A stretch of 64,000 nucleotides of DNA, taken from the NCBI RefSeq assembly GCF_049337375.1, contig NZ_JBMPIV010000015.1. One strand, written 5' to 3'. Both the position numbers and the translations under genes were made by a program. The stretch is from Nannocystis pusilla (GTDB lineage Bacteria; Myxococcota_A; Polyangia; Nannocystales; Nannocystaceae). The notes below the pieces were generated by a model that was not told the DNA's origin, made no database searches, and saw nothing but the letters and a program-made list of their open reading frames with translations. Of the stretch, positions 1 through 11,928 are shown piece after piece. Position 1 is the first letter of the stretch, and every line of letters begins with the position of its first letter.

Positions 1-450
1 TGCAACCCGGACACGAACGCGGGCTTGCCGGCCAACCTGGTCGGGCGCACCGGCCCCGATCGTGCGGCGCACCACGGCTTCAAGGCGATGCAGATCTCGG
101 CCTCGGCGCTGGCGGCCGAGGCGTTGAAGCTGACGATGCCGGCCAGCGTCTTCAGCCGCAGCACCGAATGCCACAACCAGGACAAGGTGAGCATGGGCAC
201 GATCGCGGCGCGCGACTGCCTGCGGATCGTCGAGCTGACCGAGACGGTCGCCGCGATCGGGCTGCTCACCATGTGCCAGGCGGTCGACCTGCGCGCGGGG
301 CACAACGTCCACGCGCGGGCGCGCACGCTGCACGCGGCGGTGCGCGGCGTCATCCCGATGGTCGACGCCGACCGCCGTCAGGACCGGGACATCGCGGCGG
401 TGCTGACGCTGCTGCGCGCGGGCGCGTTGCCGATCGGAGCGCTGTCGTGA
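1..450 (+). CDS. Aromatic amino-acid ammonia-lyase (HAL/PAL/TAL family), C-terminal fragment; the start lies upstream of the window
   Basis: Open frame from nt 1 with no stop. C-terminal region contains STECHNQDKVSMGTIAARD and other conserved lyase C-terminus motifs. Stop at 448-450 overlaps the next start (GTGA). Confidence 0.75.
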   Translation, partial: CNPDTNAGLPANLVGRTGPDRAAHHGFKAMQISASALAAEALKLTMPASVFSRSTECHNQDKVSMGTIAARDCLRIVELTETVAAIGLLTMCQAVDLRAGHNVHARARTLHAAVRGVIPMVDADRRQDRDIAAVLTLLRAGALPIGALS

Positions 451-851
451 GCCGGCTGCACGAGGTCTCGGTCGAGTTCGAGGTCCCGTTCCACGACGTC
501 GACATCCTCAACATCGTCTGGCACGGGCATTACTACAAGTACATGGAGTACGGCCGGACCGCGCTGATGCGCTCGCGCGGGCTCGACGTCGAGGACATCC
601 GCCGCGCGGGTTACGCCCTCCTGCTGGTCGACAGCCACTGCCGCTACACCTACCCGCTGCGCTACGCGGACCGCGCCCGCGTCGACGCGTGGTTCGTGGC
701 GGTTGCGCCGCGGCTGGTCGTGGCCTATCGCATCCGCAACCTCAAGGACGACCGCTGCTCGGCTCGCGGGCAGACGATCCTCGTCACCACCGACCAGGAA
801 GGTCGCCTCTTGCCGGAGACGCCCGATGCTCTGCTCCAGCGCCTGGTGTAG
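447..851 (+). CDS. Hotdog-fold acyl-CoA thioesterase (4HBT/YbgC-like)
   Basis: GTG start overlapping the previous stop. Sequence VSRLHEVSVEFEVPFHDVDILNIVWHGHYYKYMEYGRTALM is typical of 4HBT thioesterases. High GC3. Confidence 0.65.
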   Translation: MSRLHEVSVEFEVPFHDVDILNIVWHGHYYKYMEYGRTALMRSRGLDVEDIRRAGYALLLVDSHCRYTYPLRYADRARVDAWFVAVAPRLVVAYRIRNLKDDRCSARGQTILVTTDQEGRLLPETPDALLQRLV

Positions 852-879
852 CTCGCCATCCTCGCCCGCCCGTAAGGGC

Positions 880-1599
880 ATGTCCGTTTGGACAGGTCTT
901 TTCGCGCATGTCCTCGCGGCCATGGTCTTTCTCACCGGTCCGATCGGCCAGGCGAACGCCGCCGAGCCGCTGCCGATCACCGTGGCCGCGCCGGTGGTCG
1001 CCAGCATCACGCTCGACCAGCTGCTCGGGCAGTTCGCCGGGATGAGCGGGCTGCAGGCCAGCTTCCGCGAGGAGAAGCACATGGCGCTGCTGGCCGCGCC
1101 GCTCGTCAACGAGGGCACCATCTACTTCGTGCCGAACGGCAAGAAGCCGCGCCTGGCGCGGCACACGGCCAAGCCGGCCCGCTCGGTGGTGGTGATCGAC
1201 GGCAGCGCGCTCAAGCTGGCCGACGACGCCGGGCGCGAGGAGATCGCGCTCGACAAGAGCCCGGCGGTGCGGCTGTTCGTCGACTCGTTCGTCAAGATCT
1301 TCGCCGGCGACCGCGAGGCGCTGACGACCATGTACGCGATGGACCTGCAGGCCGACGGCCAGCGCTGGACGCTGAAGCTGAAGCCGAAGCTGGCGCCGCT
1401 CGACAAGCTGATCGAGCGGGTCGAGATCGCGGGCGACGGGGTGGTGATCGCGACGATGCGCGTGGTCGAGGTCGGCGGCGACGAGGCCGTGACCACGTTC
1501 TCGGCCGTCGACCCCAAGCGCAAGTTCTCCGCCGAGGAGCTGGGCTCGCTGTTCAGCCTGCCGCCGAAGCCGGCCGCGGCCCCGCCGGCGGCCCGCTGA
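880..1599 (+). CDS. LolA-like outer-membrane lipoprotein carrier family protein (aryl-polyene cluster type)
   Basis: N-terminal signal peptide MSVWTGLFAHVLAAMVFLTGPIGQANAA. Size and position between thioesterase and MMPL exporter match aryl-polyene/flexirubin clusters. Pro/Ala-rich C-terminal tail. Confidence 0.5.
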   Translation: MSVWTGLFAHVLAAMVFLTGPIGQANAAEPLPITVAAPVVASITLDQLLGQFAGMSGLQASFREEKHMALLAAPLVNEGTIYFVPNGKKPRLARHTAKPARSVVVIDGSALKLADDAGREEIALDKSPAVRLFVDSFVKIFAGDREALTTMYAMDLQADGQRWTLKLKPKLAPLDKLIERVEIAGDGVVIATMRVVEVGGDEAVTTFSAVDPKRKFSAEELGSLFSLPPKPAAAPPAAR

Positions 1600-1627
1600 G
1601 CGCGGCCTCCCGCTGGTCACCTGTTCC

Positions 1628-4012
1628 ATGGAACCTGCCCGATCAGACAGGCCGAGCGCGTTGCGGGCGGGCCTCGGCGCGGCGCTCGTGGCCGGGCTGG
1701 TGGCGTTCTGCGCGCTGCGCCTGCAGGTGGTCACCGACATCACCGCGTTCATGGCCGACGTCGCCGACCCCAAGCTGGCGGCGCTGTCGCGCGGGATGGC
1801 CAGCTCGGAGCTGACGCGCACCCTGGTGCTGTCGGTCTCGGACGAGCGCGGCGAGCCGGACGTGGCGATCGCCGGGGCGCAGGCGCTGGCCGATCGGCTG
1901 CAGGATCGACCGGAGGTGGCGTGGCTGCGCACCGGGCCGGGCGAGCTGCACGCCGAGGCGATCCACAACCTCTACTACCCGCGGCGGTTCTACCTCCTGG
2001 CCGACGAGGCAGCTGGCCTTCAGGACAGGTTGTCCGACGACGGACTGCGCGCGGCGGCCCGCGAGCTGCGGCGCCAGCTCGGCCTGCCGACGTCGGGGGT
2101 GATCAAGCAGATCGCGCCGGCCGACCCGCTGCTGGCCTATCCGGCCCAGCTGCGCCGGCTCGAGGCGGCCCAGGGCGGCGGGGTCGCGCTGCGCGACGGG
2201 CACTTCGTGGCCGAGGACCAGCACGCGCTGGTGATGCTGGCGACCCGCAGCTCGCCGTTCGACGCCGCCGACCAGGCGCCGCTGCAGGCCGCCATCGAGG
2301 CGGCGTTCGCCGAGGTCGACGCGCAGTCGGGCGGGCGCCTGGTGCTCGAGCAGTCGGGCGTGGCCCGCTTCGCCCTGGCGGCCGAGACCAGCATGCGCGA
2401 GGACATCGGCCGGATCTCCACGGTCTCGCTGGTCGGCATCGTCGCGCTGTTCCTGCTGATGTTCCGCTCGCCGCGGCTGGTGCTGCTGTCGCTGGCGCCG
2501 CTGGTGGCCGGCGTGGCGGCGGCGCTGGCGGCCTGCCTGGCGCTGTTCGGGGCGGTCCACGGGCTGACGCTGGCGTTCGGGGCGACGCTGATCGGCGTGT
2601 GCATCGACTACTCGGTGCACCTGTTCAACCACCACATGCTCGACCCGCGCGGCGGGCCGCGCCAGAGCGCGCGGCAGATCTGGCCGGGCCTGCTGCTCGG
2701 GGCGCTGACGACGGTGGCGGGCTTCGCCGGGCTGGCGTGGACGAGCTTTCCGGGGCTGCGCGAGGTGGCGCTGTTCGCCTCGATCGGGGTGCTGGTGGCG
2801 GCCCTGGCCACGCGCTACTGGCTACCTGACCTCTTGCCCATGGCCCCAAAGCCAGGTTGGTTGCAGCGGCGGGCCGCGGCCGGGCTGGCGCGGGTGGTCG
2901 CGGGGATGCGACGCCGGCGCTCGGCGGTGGCGGTGCTGCCGGCGGTGGCGCTGGGCCTGTGCGTGGTCGGGCTGCCGCGCATCGAGTGGTCGGACGACGT
3001 GCGGCTGCTGACGGCGCTCGACCCGGGGATGCTGGCCGAGGACGAGCGGGTGCGGACGCGGGTGTCGCGGATGGACGCGGGGCGCTTCGTGGTCGCGTTC
3101 GGGGCCGACGAGGAGGAGGCGCTGGCCGGCAACGACGCGGCGGCGGTGCGCCTGCGCGCGGCCCAGGCGGCCGGCGAGATCGAGGCGTTCCGCAGCCTGC
3201 ACGCGCTGGTGTGGTCGGCGGCGCTGCAGAAGGACAACCAGGCGGCGCTGGCCGACCCGAGCCTGCCGGCCCGGCTCGACGCGGCGTTCGTGGCCGAGGG
3301 CTTCCGCGCCGGCTCGTTCGCCAAGTTCTTCGCGGACATGTCCCATGGGCCAGACGTGATGCGGCCGGCCGACCTGGCCGCGACGCCGCTGGCCGAGGCG
3401 GCGCGGACGTTCCGGGCCGAGCTCGACGGCGGCGAGGTGGCCGTGGTGACGCTGCTGCGCGGGGTCGCCGACGCGACGGCGCTGCAGGCCCGCCTGGCCG
3501 ACCTGCCGCAGGTGCGCTACTTCGACCAGCAGGGCATGATGCAGGCGGCGTTCGGCCGCTACCGCGCGCGCACGCTCGAGCTGGTGGTGTTCGGCCTGTT
3601 CGCGGTGCTGGCGATGGTGTGGGCCCGCTACCGCCGGTTCGGGCTGGCGCTGGCGGCGTTCGCCCCGGCCGTGCTGGCGGCCGCGACGGCGCTGTCGGTG
3701 GTGGCGCTGTCGGGGGTGACGATCGGCATCCTCCACGTCGTCGCGCTGCTGCTGGTGCTCAGCATGGGGGTCGACTACGGGGTGTTCCTGGCCGAGAGCC
3801 GGCGCGACCCGGGCGGCTTCGACGCGACGGTGCTGAGCGTGCTGCTGGCGTGCCTGTCGACGGTGCTGGCGTTCGGGCTGCTGGCGATGTCGCAGAGCCC
3901 GGCGCTGCGGGCGATCGGGGTGACCGTCGGGCTCGGGGTGCTGCTCAGCCTGGTGCTGGCCCCGGCCGCCCTGGTGCTGGTCGGCGCGGGCGAGGGGAAG
4001 GAGCGCGGATGA
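1628..4012 (+). CDS. MMPL/RND-superfamily exporter (predicted exporter of aryl-polyene-type clusters)
   Basis: 794 aa with two blocks of transmembrane helices separated by large soluble loops, the MMPL architecture. High GC3 throughout. Confidence 0.7.
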   Translation: MEPARSDRPSALRAGLGAALVAGLVAFCALRLQVVTDITAFMADVADPKLAALSRGMASSELTRTLVLSVSDERGEPDVAIAGAQALADRLQDRPEVAWLRTGPGELHAEAIHNLYYPRRFYLLADEAAGLQDRLSDDGLRAAARELRRQLGLPTSGVIKQIAPADPLLAYPAQLRRLEAAQGGGVALRDGHFVAEDQHALVMLATRSSPFDAADQAPLQAAIEAAFAEVDAQSGGRLVLEQSGVARFALAAETSMREDIGRISTVSLVGIVALFLLMFRSPRLVLLSLAPLVAGVAAALAACLALFGAVHGLTLAFGATLIGVCIDYSVHLFNHHMLDPRGGPRQSARQIWPGLLLGALTTVAGFAGLAWTSFPGLREVALFASIGVLVAALATRYWLPDLLPMAPKPGWLQRRAAAGLARVVAGMRRRRSAVAVLPAVALGLCVVGLPRIEWSDDVRLLTALDPGMLAEDERVRTRVSRMDAGRFVVAFGADEEEALAGNDAAAVRLRAAQAAGEIEAFRSLHALVWSAALQKDNQAALADPSLPARLDAAFVAEGFRAGSFAKFFADMSHGPDVMRPADLAATPLAEAARTFRAELDGGEVAVVTLLRGVADATALQARLADLPQVRYFDQQGMMQAAFGRYRARTLELVVFGLFAVLAMVWARYRRFGLALAAFAPAVLAAATALSVVALSGVTIGILHVVALLLVLSMGVDYGVFLAESRRDPGGFDATVLSVLLACLSTVLAFGLLAMSQSPALRAIGVTVGLGVLLSLVLAPAALVLVGAGEGKERG

Positions 4013-4653
4013 ACCTTGGAGCATGGTCGATCGGTCCTGTCGTCACGGCCATGCTCCTCGGGGCATGTGCGAAGGGACAGGCGACCGAGACGGCGCCGCC
4101 GCGCGAGCTCGCCGAGGCCGACTACCCGGGGGCGCTGGCGACGACGCTGACGGGGCCCGACTTCATGGCCCGCCAGCGGCTGCGCGGGACGGCCCGGGGG
4201 CGCGAGATCGGCGGCGAGGTGGTGCTGCAGAAGCAGGGCGACGCGCTGACGCTGATCGGGCTGACGCCGTTCTCGACCAAGGCGTTCGTGGCCAAGCAGC
4301 AGGGCGCGGAGGTGAAGGTCGACGTGTTCGCGCCCGAGGGCAAGCTGCCGTTCCCGCCCCGCTTCATGCTGCTCGACGTCCACCGGGTGCAGTTCCTCGG
4401 CCTGCCGGGAGCGCCGCTGGCCGACGGGACCCACCGCGGCGAGGTCGGCGAGGAGAAGGTGACCGAGGTGTGGCAGGGCGGGGCGCTGCTCGAGCGCCGC
4501 TTCGAGCGCAAGGACGGCAAGCCGGGCGGGGAGATCGTCGTCACCTACGAGGGCGGGATGAAGGACGGGGCGCTGCCGTCGCGGCTGAGGCTCGTCAACG
4601 GGTGGTTCGGCTACGAGATCGCGGTCGAGACGCTGCAGTGGCAGCCGCTGTGA
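4009..4653 (+). CDS. DUF3261-like lipoprotein
   Basis: ATGA overlap with the MMPL stop. Lipobox MLLGAC. About 214 aa, as expected for the lipoprotein that follows the exporter in aryl-polyene clusters. Confidence 0.5.
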   Translation: MNLGAWSIGPVVTAMLLGACAKGQATETAPPRELAEADYPGALATTLTGPDFMARQRLRGTARGREIGGEVVLQKQGDALTLIGLTPFSTKAFVAKQQGAEVKVDVFAPEGKLPFPPRFMLLDVHRVQFLGLPGAPLADGTHRGEVGEEKVTEVWQGGALLERRFERKDGKPGGEIVVTYEGGMKDGALPSRLRLVNGWFGYEIAVETLQWQPL

Positions 4654-4722
4654 GCGCGTAGAAAAGGCCATGTCGTGGAGGACATGGCCGAAAAGACAGA
4701 AGTATTGCCGGCCGGCGCGCGT

Positions 4723-4762
4723 CGCCGGGGGGGGGGCCGCCCCGCCCCCCCCCCCCCGGCCG
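4723..4762. terminator. Homopolymeric G10 / C13 stem-loop between convergent genes (putative bidirectional terminator)
   Basis: cgccGGGGGGGGGGccgccccgCCCCCCCCCCCCCggccgg. It follows a GGCCATGTC-n6-GACATGGCC hairpin at about 4664-4690. Confidence 0.45.
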
Positions 4763-4768
4763 GGGCTC

Positions 4769-5128
4769 TTAGCGGGTCTCGAGCTTGAAGCCGGTGAGGC
4801 AGCGCTCGCCGCCGTTGCCGGCCTTGTAGGTCGGGGTGACCTCGACCTGCTTCTTGGCGCGCAGGGCCTCGAACAGCAGGTTGATCGAGTTGGCGCTGAG
4901 CTCGCGGCCGGGGCACAGCGAGCCGCCCCACTTGTAGTCGCGCTTTTGGCCGGTCTTCTCCTTGATGGAGACCGAGCCGTTGAACATGGCGTGGTTGTCG
5001 CTGCTGCTCTCGTAGAGGGTGACCGCTTCGACGTTGCCGACCGTGCCGTTGGAGTCGGCGAAGGCGGCGGCGGGGAGCATCAACGCCGTCAGGGCGGCGA
5101 GCAGGGACAGACGAGGACGTTGCGACAT
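4769..5128 (-). CDS. Small secreted Cys-containing protein, hypothetical
   Basis: Signal peptide MSQRPRLSLLAALTALMLPAAAFA. SD-like aggaga 6 nt upstream. 119 aa with good GC3. Confidence 0.55.
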   Translation of the reverse strand: MSQRPRLSLLAALTALMLPAAAFADSNGTVGNVEAVTLYESSSDNHAMFNGSVSIKEKTGQKRDYKWGGSLCPGRELSANSINLLFEALRAKKQVEVTPTYKAGNGGERCLTGFKLETR

Positions 5129-5284
5129 TGTGATTCTCCTGGGGGGTCGGCCCGTGGTGGGCACTCGGACTGCGGGCGCCAGGGTCCTATTTGCGTCCCC
5201 GACCTGCAACACCCAGTGAGCTCTCGATCTGGGCGAGATCGCGGGACGAGGGCGCGTGAGCGCCCCCTGCGGGCAAGCAGCGAC

Positions 5285-5600
5285 AGGGTCGGCCTGGAGA
5301 CAGAGATGTCCTTCGGGACATGTCGCGCTCGCGCGCGCCGAGGACACGTGACCGCCCTGAGGCGAGAGTGTCTCTTGGGACATGGCGAGCGCCGGCCCGA
5401 GGGCAGGCGGCCGCCGGAGAAGGAGTGTCTCTCGGGACATGTCGCGCGTGCGCAGGGTCGAAGGCCGGGTGACTGCCCCGGGACGAGAGTGTCTCTCGGG
5501 ACATGTCGATCGCACGTGGCGGACAGTCGACCGATCGGAGACAAACATGTCTCGCGGGACATGTCGAATGCGACAGTGTCCCGAGGGGCAGCTCAGCCGC
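5285..5600. repeat. Array of five degenerate ~24-nt palindromic units (GAGAGTGTCTCTCGGGACATGTCG) spaced about 62-66 bp apart
   Basis: Copies at about 5297, 5357, 5423, 5489 and 5550. CRISPR-like geometry, but the repeats are degenerate and belong to the genome-wide CATG hairpin family. Sits 3' of the 5593-6513 gene. Confidence 0.7.
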
Positions 5601-6513
5601 GCGCGCGCAGGGCCGCGCGGATCTTGGCGAGGGTGTCGTCGAGGCGCGAGGCGGGCACGCTGACGCGCGTCGGCATGCCGCCGCCGAGGCCGAGCAGGGC
5701 GACGAAGTCGAGGCCGCTGGCGAAGCTGGCGGCGATGTTCAGGGTCTGGCCGTCGATGACGACCGCCACGGGGGCGCGCTCCTGGCCGAGCAGCAGCAGC
5801 TCGGTCTTGTCGAACGGGCGCGGATTGCCGGGCACGCGCACGAGGGCGACGCCGTCCGCGACGACGTAGGCGCGGGCCAGCGCGGCGGCCTCGGCGGCCA
5901 TGGCGTCGAAGTCGGCGGCGGCGGCGGCGATCGCCTCCTGCTCGGCGCCGCGCGGGCGGCCGGCGACCAGCCAGCGGACGATCTTGTTGAGGAGGACGGT
6001 GTCCTCGTAGTGGGCCCGCAGCGCCTTGTCGACGAGGGCGCCGATCGGGCCGACCTCGCCGATCCGGGTGTCGACGGCGCGGGCGTCGGCGTCGGCGCCC
6101 GGGTAGGGCTCGACGCCGCGGAGCAGCCACTTGGCGGCCGAGTAGAGGCCGTCGAGGTCGAAGTGGGCGACGATGGTGTCGACCGGACCTGTCTCTTCGA
6201 CCATCTGCGGCGTGACGATCTCGGGGCAGGCGCCGTGCTCGGCCTTGGTGTGGAGCACGAAGCGCGGGTCGCCGCGGAACTGGGCGTGGCGCTCGTGATC
6301 GTGGTGGTCGACCCACCGGGCCAGGCGCGCGCCCAGGCCGGTGAGGAACTTGCCCGTGATCTTCTCGAAGCCGCTGCCGATGCCCTCGGCCGCGAAGGCG
6401 ACGTCGAGCACGACCACGCGGCCGCGCAGGTTCGCGGGCTTCGGCAGCCGTCGCGGACTGGCGAACACCAGGTCGATCGCGGCGGCGTCGGCGAGCCTGG
6501 ACGTGGCGCTCAC
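5593..6513 (-). CDS. Hypothetical protein (His-rich stretch VDHHDHERHAQF)
   Basis: GTGA overlap with the upstream TPR gene. 306 aa with high GC3. No family recognised. Confidence 0.5.
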   Translation of the reverse strand: MSATSRLADAAAIDLVFASPRRLPKPANLRGRVVVLDVAFAAEGIGSGFEKITGKFLTGLGARLARWVDHHDHERHAQFRGDPRFVLHTKAEHGACPEIVTPQMVEETGPVDTIVAHFDLDGLYSAAKWLLRGVEPYPGADADARAVDTRIGEVGPIGALVDKALRAHYEDTVLLNKIVRWLVAGRPRGAEQEAIAAAAADFDAMAAEAAALARAYVVADGVALVRVPGNPRPFDKTELLLLGQERAPVAVVIDGQTLNIAASFASGLDFVALLGLGGGMPTRVSVPASRLDDTLAKIRAALRARG

Positions 6514-6821
6514 CCTTCCAGCGCGGCGCGGGCGGATTCGAGCTCGCCGAGCGCGTGCGCGTCGCCGGCCGCGCGTGCGGCCTGAACGCCCTGATCGAGG
6601 ACCTGCAGGGCGCCGTCGCGGTCGCCGGCCTCGACCAGGGTGTTGCCGGCCATCAAGTAGGCCGGCACGTATTCGGGGATCTTGGCGATGAGCTCGCGGA
6701 ACTCGACGATCGCCTCGGCGAGCTGCCCGCGGCGCTTCAGCTCCATGGCCAGGCCGTAGCGCGGGAACGCCTCACCTGGCTTTTGGGCCACGAACTGTCG
6801 GAGCATCGCCAGGCGATCCAC
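6510..6821 (-). CDS. Small TPR-repeat protein
   Basis: 103 aa, GTG start. TPR-like sequence AIVEFRELIAKIPEYVPAYLMAGNTLVEAGDRDGALQVLDQGVQAA. Operonic with its neighbours. Confidence 0.6.
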   Translation of the reverse strand: MDRLAMLRQFVAQKPGEAFPRYGLAMELKRRGQLAEAIVEFRELIAKIPEYVPAYLMAGNTLVEAGDRDGALQVLDQGVQAARAAGDAHALGELESARAALEG

Positions 6822-6830
6822 GGCGGGACC

Positions 6831-7391
6831 TCAGGAAGCGGCCTGCTGCTGGCGCATGCGCGGCTTGTAGGTCTGCTTGTGCTTCTCGATGTACTCGCTG
6901 GCGGCCGCGTCCTCGACGCCGAGGGCCTTGAGGACCTCGGGGGTCTGGTCGAACACCGGGGTGTCCTGCAGGTGGCCGACGAGCAGCAGGTAGCTGGCGA
7001 CGTGGGCCGGCGGGTACTTCTTGAGCAGCTCGGCGACGCCCTCGCGCAGCTTCTCGGGCGGGTTGGTGACGCAGAAATCCTCGTCGGTCTCGCCCATGGT
7101 GTGCTTCACGCCGAGGAAGTCGAGGTAGTCGACCAGCATCTGGCGGTGGTGGCGCATGAGCCACTCGAGCAGGAGCGCGAGCGCGAGGTTGTCGTTGCCG
7201 CCGGTCAGCTCGGTGTCGAAGCGGCGGCGCCACGCGCGGCGGCGGGCGGCCTGCGTGTACGCGGTCGGCGGGACGTTGACGCTGCAGCCGCCGGCCTTGA
7301 GCACCTCGCGGACTTCCTTGCCGGAGAGCTCGTCGTAGTACGCGTCGATGTGGCCTTGGCCCAGGTGTTGACAGATCTCGATCGGCTTCAC
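6831..7391 (-). CDS. Hypothetical protein (186 aa)
   Basis: GTG start (MKPIEICQHLGQGHIDAYYDEL) preceded by ggaag. Only the C-terminal third of the 1122-aa ORF has believable composition. Confidence 0.45.
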   Translation of the reverse strand: MKPIEICQHLGQGHIDAYYDELSGKEVREVLKAGGCSVNVPPTAYTQAARRRAWRRRFDTELTGGNDNLALALLLEWLMRHHRQMLVDYLDFLGVKHTMGETDEDFCVTNPPEKLREGVAELLKKYPPAHVASYLLLVGHLQDTPVFDQTPEVLKALGVEDAAASEYIEKHKQTYKPRMRQQQAAS

Positions 7392-7484
7392 AGCGCTTCC
7401 TTCGGGTGGGCGGCACCCTAACCGCCCTGCCGGTTCCGCGCAACCCGGCCGCGCCGGGAACGCCGTCCGGCAGCAGGCCGGCTT

Positions 7485-10367
<2,883 letters not shown>

Positions 10368-10374
10368 GCGGGCC

Positions 10375-10725
10375 GGGATGTCTCATGGGGCATGTCCCCA
10401 GGGACATGCAGGGTGGGCGCGGCGAGACGGATGCATGGGGGAATGAGGATGCCTCGAAGGGCATGCCTTGAAGGACATGCATTGGCGGGCGGCGGGATGT
10501 CTCGATGAGCATGTCTTGAAGGACATGCAGAAGTACGGTGGGCCGGTGCGGGCGGCGCAGGGCGAGGCGGTGGATGGCTCGTGGGAAGGGAGTCCGTCGC
10601 CGCGACCGTGACTCAGCGGCGCTCTGCTCGGCAGGTGGCGCCTGTCTCGAAGGACATGCCACGTGGATCCTCGACGACGCTCACATATGTCTGTTTAGGC
10701 ATGTTCATTAGGACATATCGTGCGA
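10375..10725. repeat. Cluster of CATG-core hairpins (GGGCATGTCC..GGACATGC etc.) 3' of the VWA gene
   Basis: At least five stem-loops, e.g. GGGCATGTCCccaGGGACATGC, GGGCATGCCttgaaGGACATGCa, GAGCATGTCttgaaGGACATGC. Confidence 0.7.
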
Positions 10726-10789
10726 GGCGTGACGCGCAGCACGGGCGGCGTTTGCATCGCGGACGGCGCCGCGCATCCCTGGAGAAGGG

Positions 10790-11644
10790 GTGGCGATGCA
10801 GGGGAGCGGCTCACACATTCGACCCGGGCGCAGGGCCGCGGCGCTCGTGGCGCTGCTCGGCTGTCACGCGCCCGAGGTCGTGGGGCTCGACGGAATGGTG
10901 CCGGACGCGGTGCCGGGGTGCGCGGGCCCGGGCGGGCGCGGGTTCGCGTTCACGGGCGGGCCGCAGGTGTTCGTGGTGCCGGAGTGCGTGACGACGCTGT
11001 CGGTCGAGCTGTGGGGCGCGCAGGGCGGGCCGAGTCGCTGTGGGATCGACGAGATCCACGGGCTGCCCGACGTGCAGATGGACGGCGGTCGCGGCGGCTG
11101 GCTGCGCGCGGAGCTGCCGGTGCGACCCGGCGAGGTGCTGCTGGTGCTGGTCGGCGGACGCGGCGGGATCGACGGGGCGCCGGGATGGAACGGAGGCGGA
11201 CGCGGCGGCGTGTGGGCCGGGGGCGGCGGCGGCGGATCGGACATCCGGATCGGCGGCGCCAGCTTGATCGATCGCGCGCTGGTGGTAGGCGGCGGAGGCG
11301 GCGGCTCGTGCGGCTTTCCGGACCACGGGGCGGGCGGCGACGGCGGGGGGCTCGTCGGCGACGACGGGATCGTGGGCGAGGACTTCTGGAGCGCGGGCGG
11401 CGGCGGCAGGCAACACGCCGGAGGCGCAGGCGGCTCGTCGCCCGGGCAGTCCGGGGTGTTCGGGCTCGGCGGCGGAGCGGCGCGCTATCACGTGGCAGGC
11501 GGCGGCGGCGGCTGGTACGGCGGCGGCGGGGCGTTCGGCGCGGGCGGTGGCGGCGGTTCGTCGCACGTGGGCGTCGATGCGGACGAGGTGGAGTTCGAAG
11601 CGGGAGCGCGTCGCGGCGACGGTGCGGTGCAGATCTACTGGTGA
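10790..11644 (+). CDS. Glycine-rich lipoprotein (ALK-like Gly-rich domain family)
   Basis: Lipobox LVALLGC. Long GGGGxGG tracts with conserved blocks ELWGAQGG, VAGGGGGWYGGGG and a C-terminal GDGAVQIYW. Paralogous to the 11929 gene. Confidence 0.65.
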   Translation: MAMQGSGSHIRPGRRAAALVALLGCHAPEVVGLDGMVPDAVPGCAGPGGRGFAFTGGPQVFVVPECVTTLSVELWGAQGGPSRCGIDEIHGLPDVQMDGGRGGWLRAELPVRPGEVLLVLVGGRGGIDGAPGWNGGGRGGVWAGGGGGGSDIRIGGASLIDRALVVGGGGGGSCGFPDHGAGGDGGGLVGDDGIVGEDFWSAGGGGRQHAGGAGGSSPGQSGVFGLGGGAARYHVAGGGGGWYGGGGAFGAGGGGGSSHVGVDADEVEFEAGARRGDGAVQIYW

Positions 11645-11928
11645 GCGCGGTCCGCTTGGCGTGACGCGGGGTGATGGTTGCGATCGCTACCACGTCGAGG
11701 CGGGCGCGCGTATGCCTCGCGGTCGACGGTCGACGACCGCGATACGTGGCGAGGATCGCCGGCGACGAGCCACGGCTGCTTCGCGGCGGTGGTGATGCGT
11801 CACGTAGTTCTTTGGGACATGTCTCGATGGACATGTGATGGGCGATCGCTCGTGACTGGCGACACAGGGGTGTTTGCGTGGATGCCTCGTGCGCATCATG
11901 CCTACAGGTCGCAGGGGAGGCCGCGCAG

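Noticed and set aside
2857-4653. 598-aa ORF in frame +1 spanning the MMPL gene
   Set aside because: Only the last ~214 codons (from the ATG at 4009, lipobox LLGAC) have protein-like composition; the rest overprints the MMPL gene in another frame.
5285-5600. Possible CRISPR array (24-nt repeats, ~40-nt spacers)
   Set aside because: The repeats are degenerate, they share their core with a genome-wide hairpin motif, and there are no cas genes or leader. Reported instead as a repeat array.
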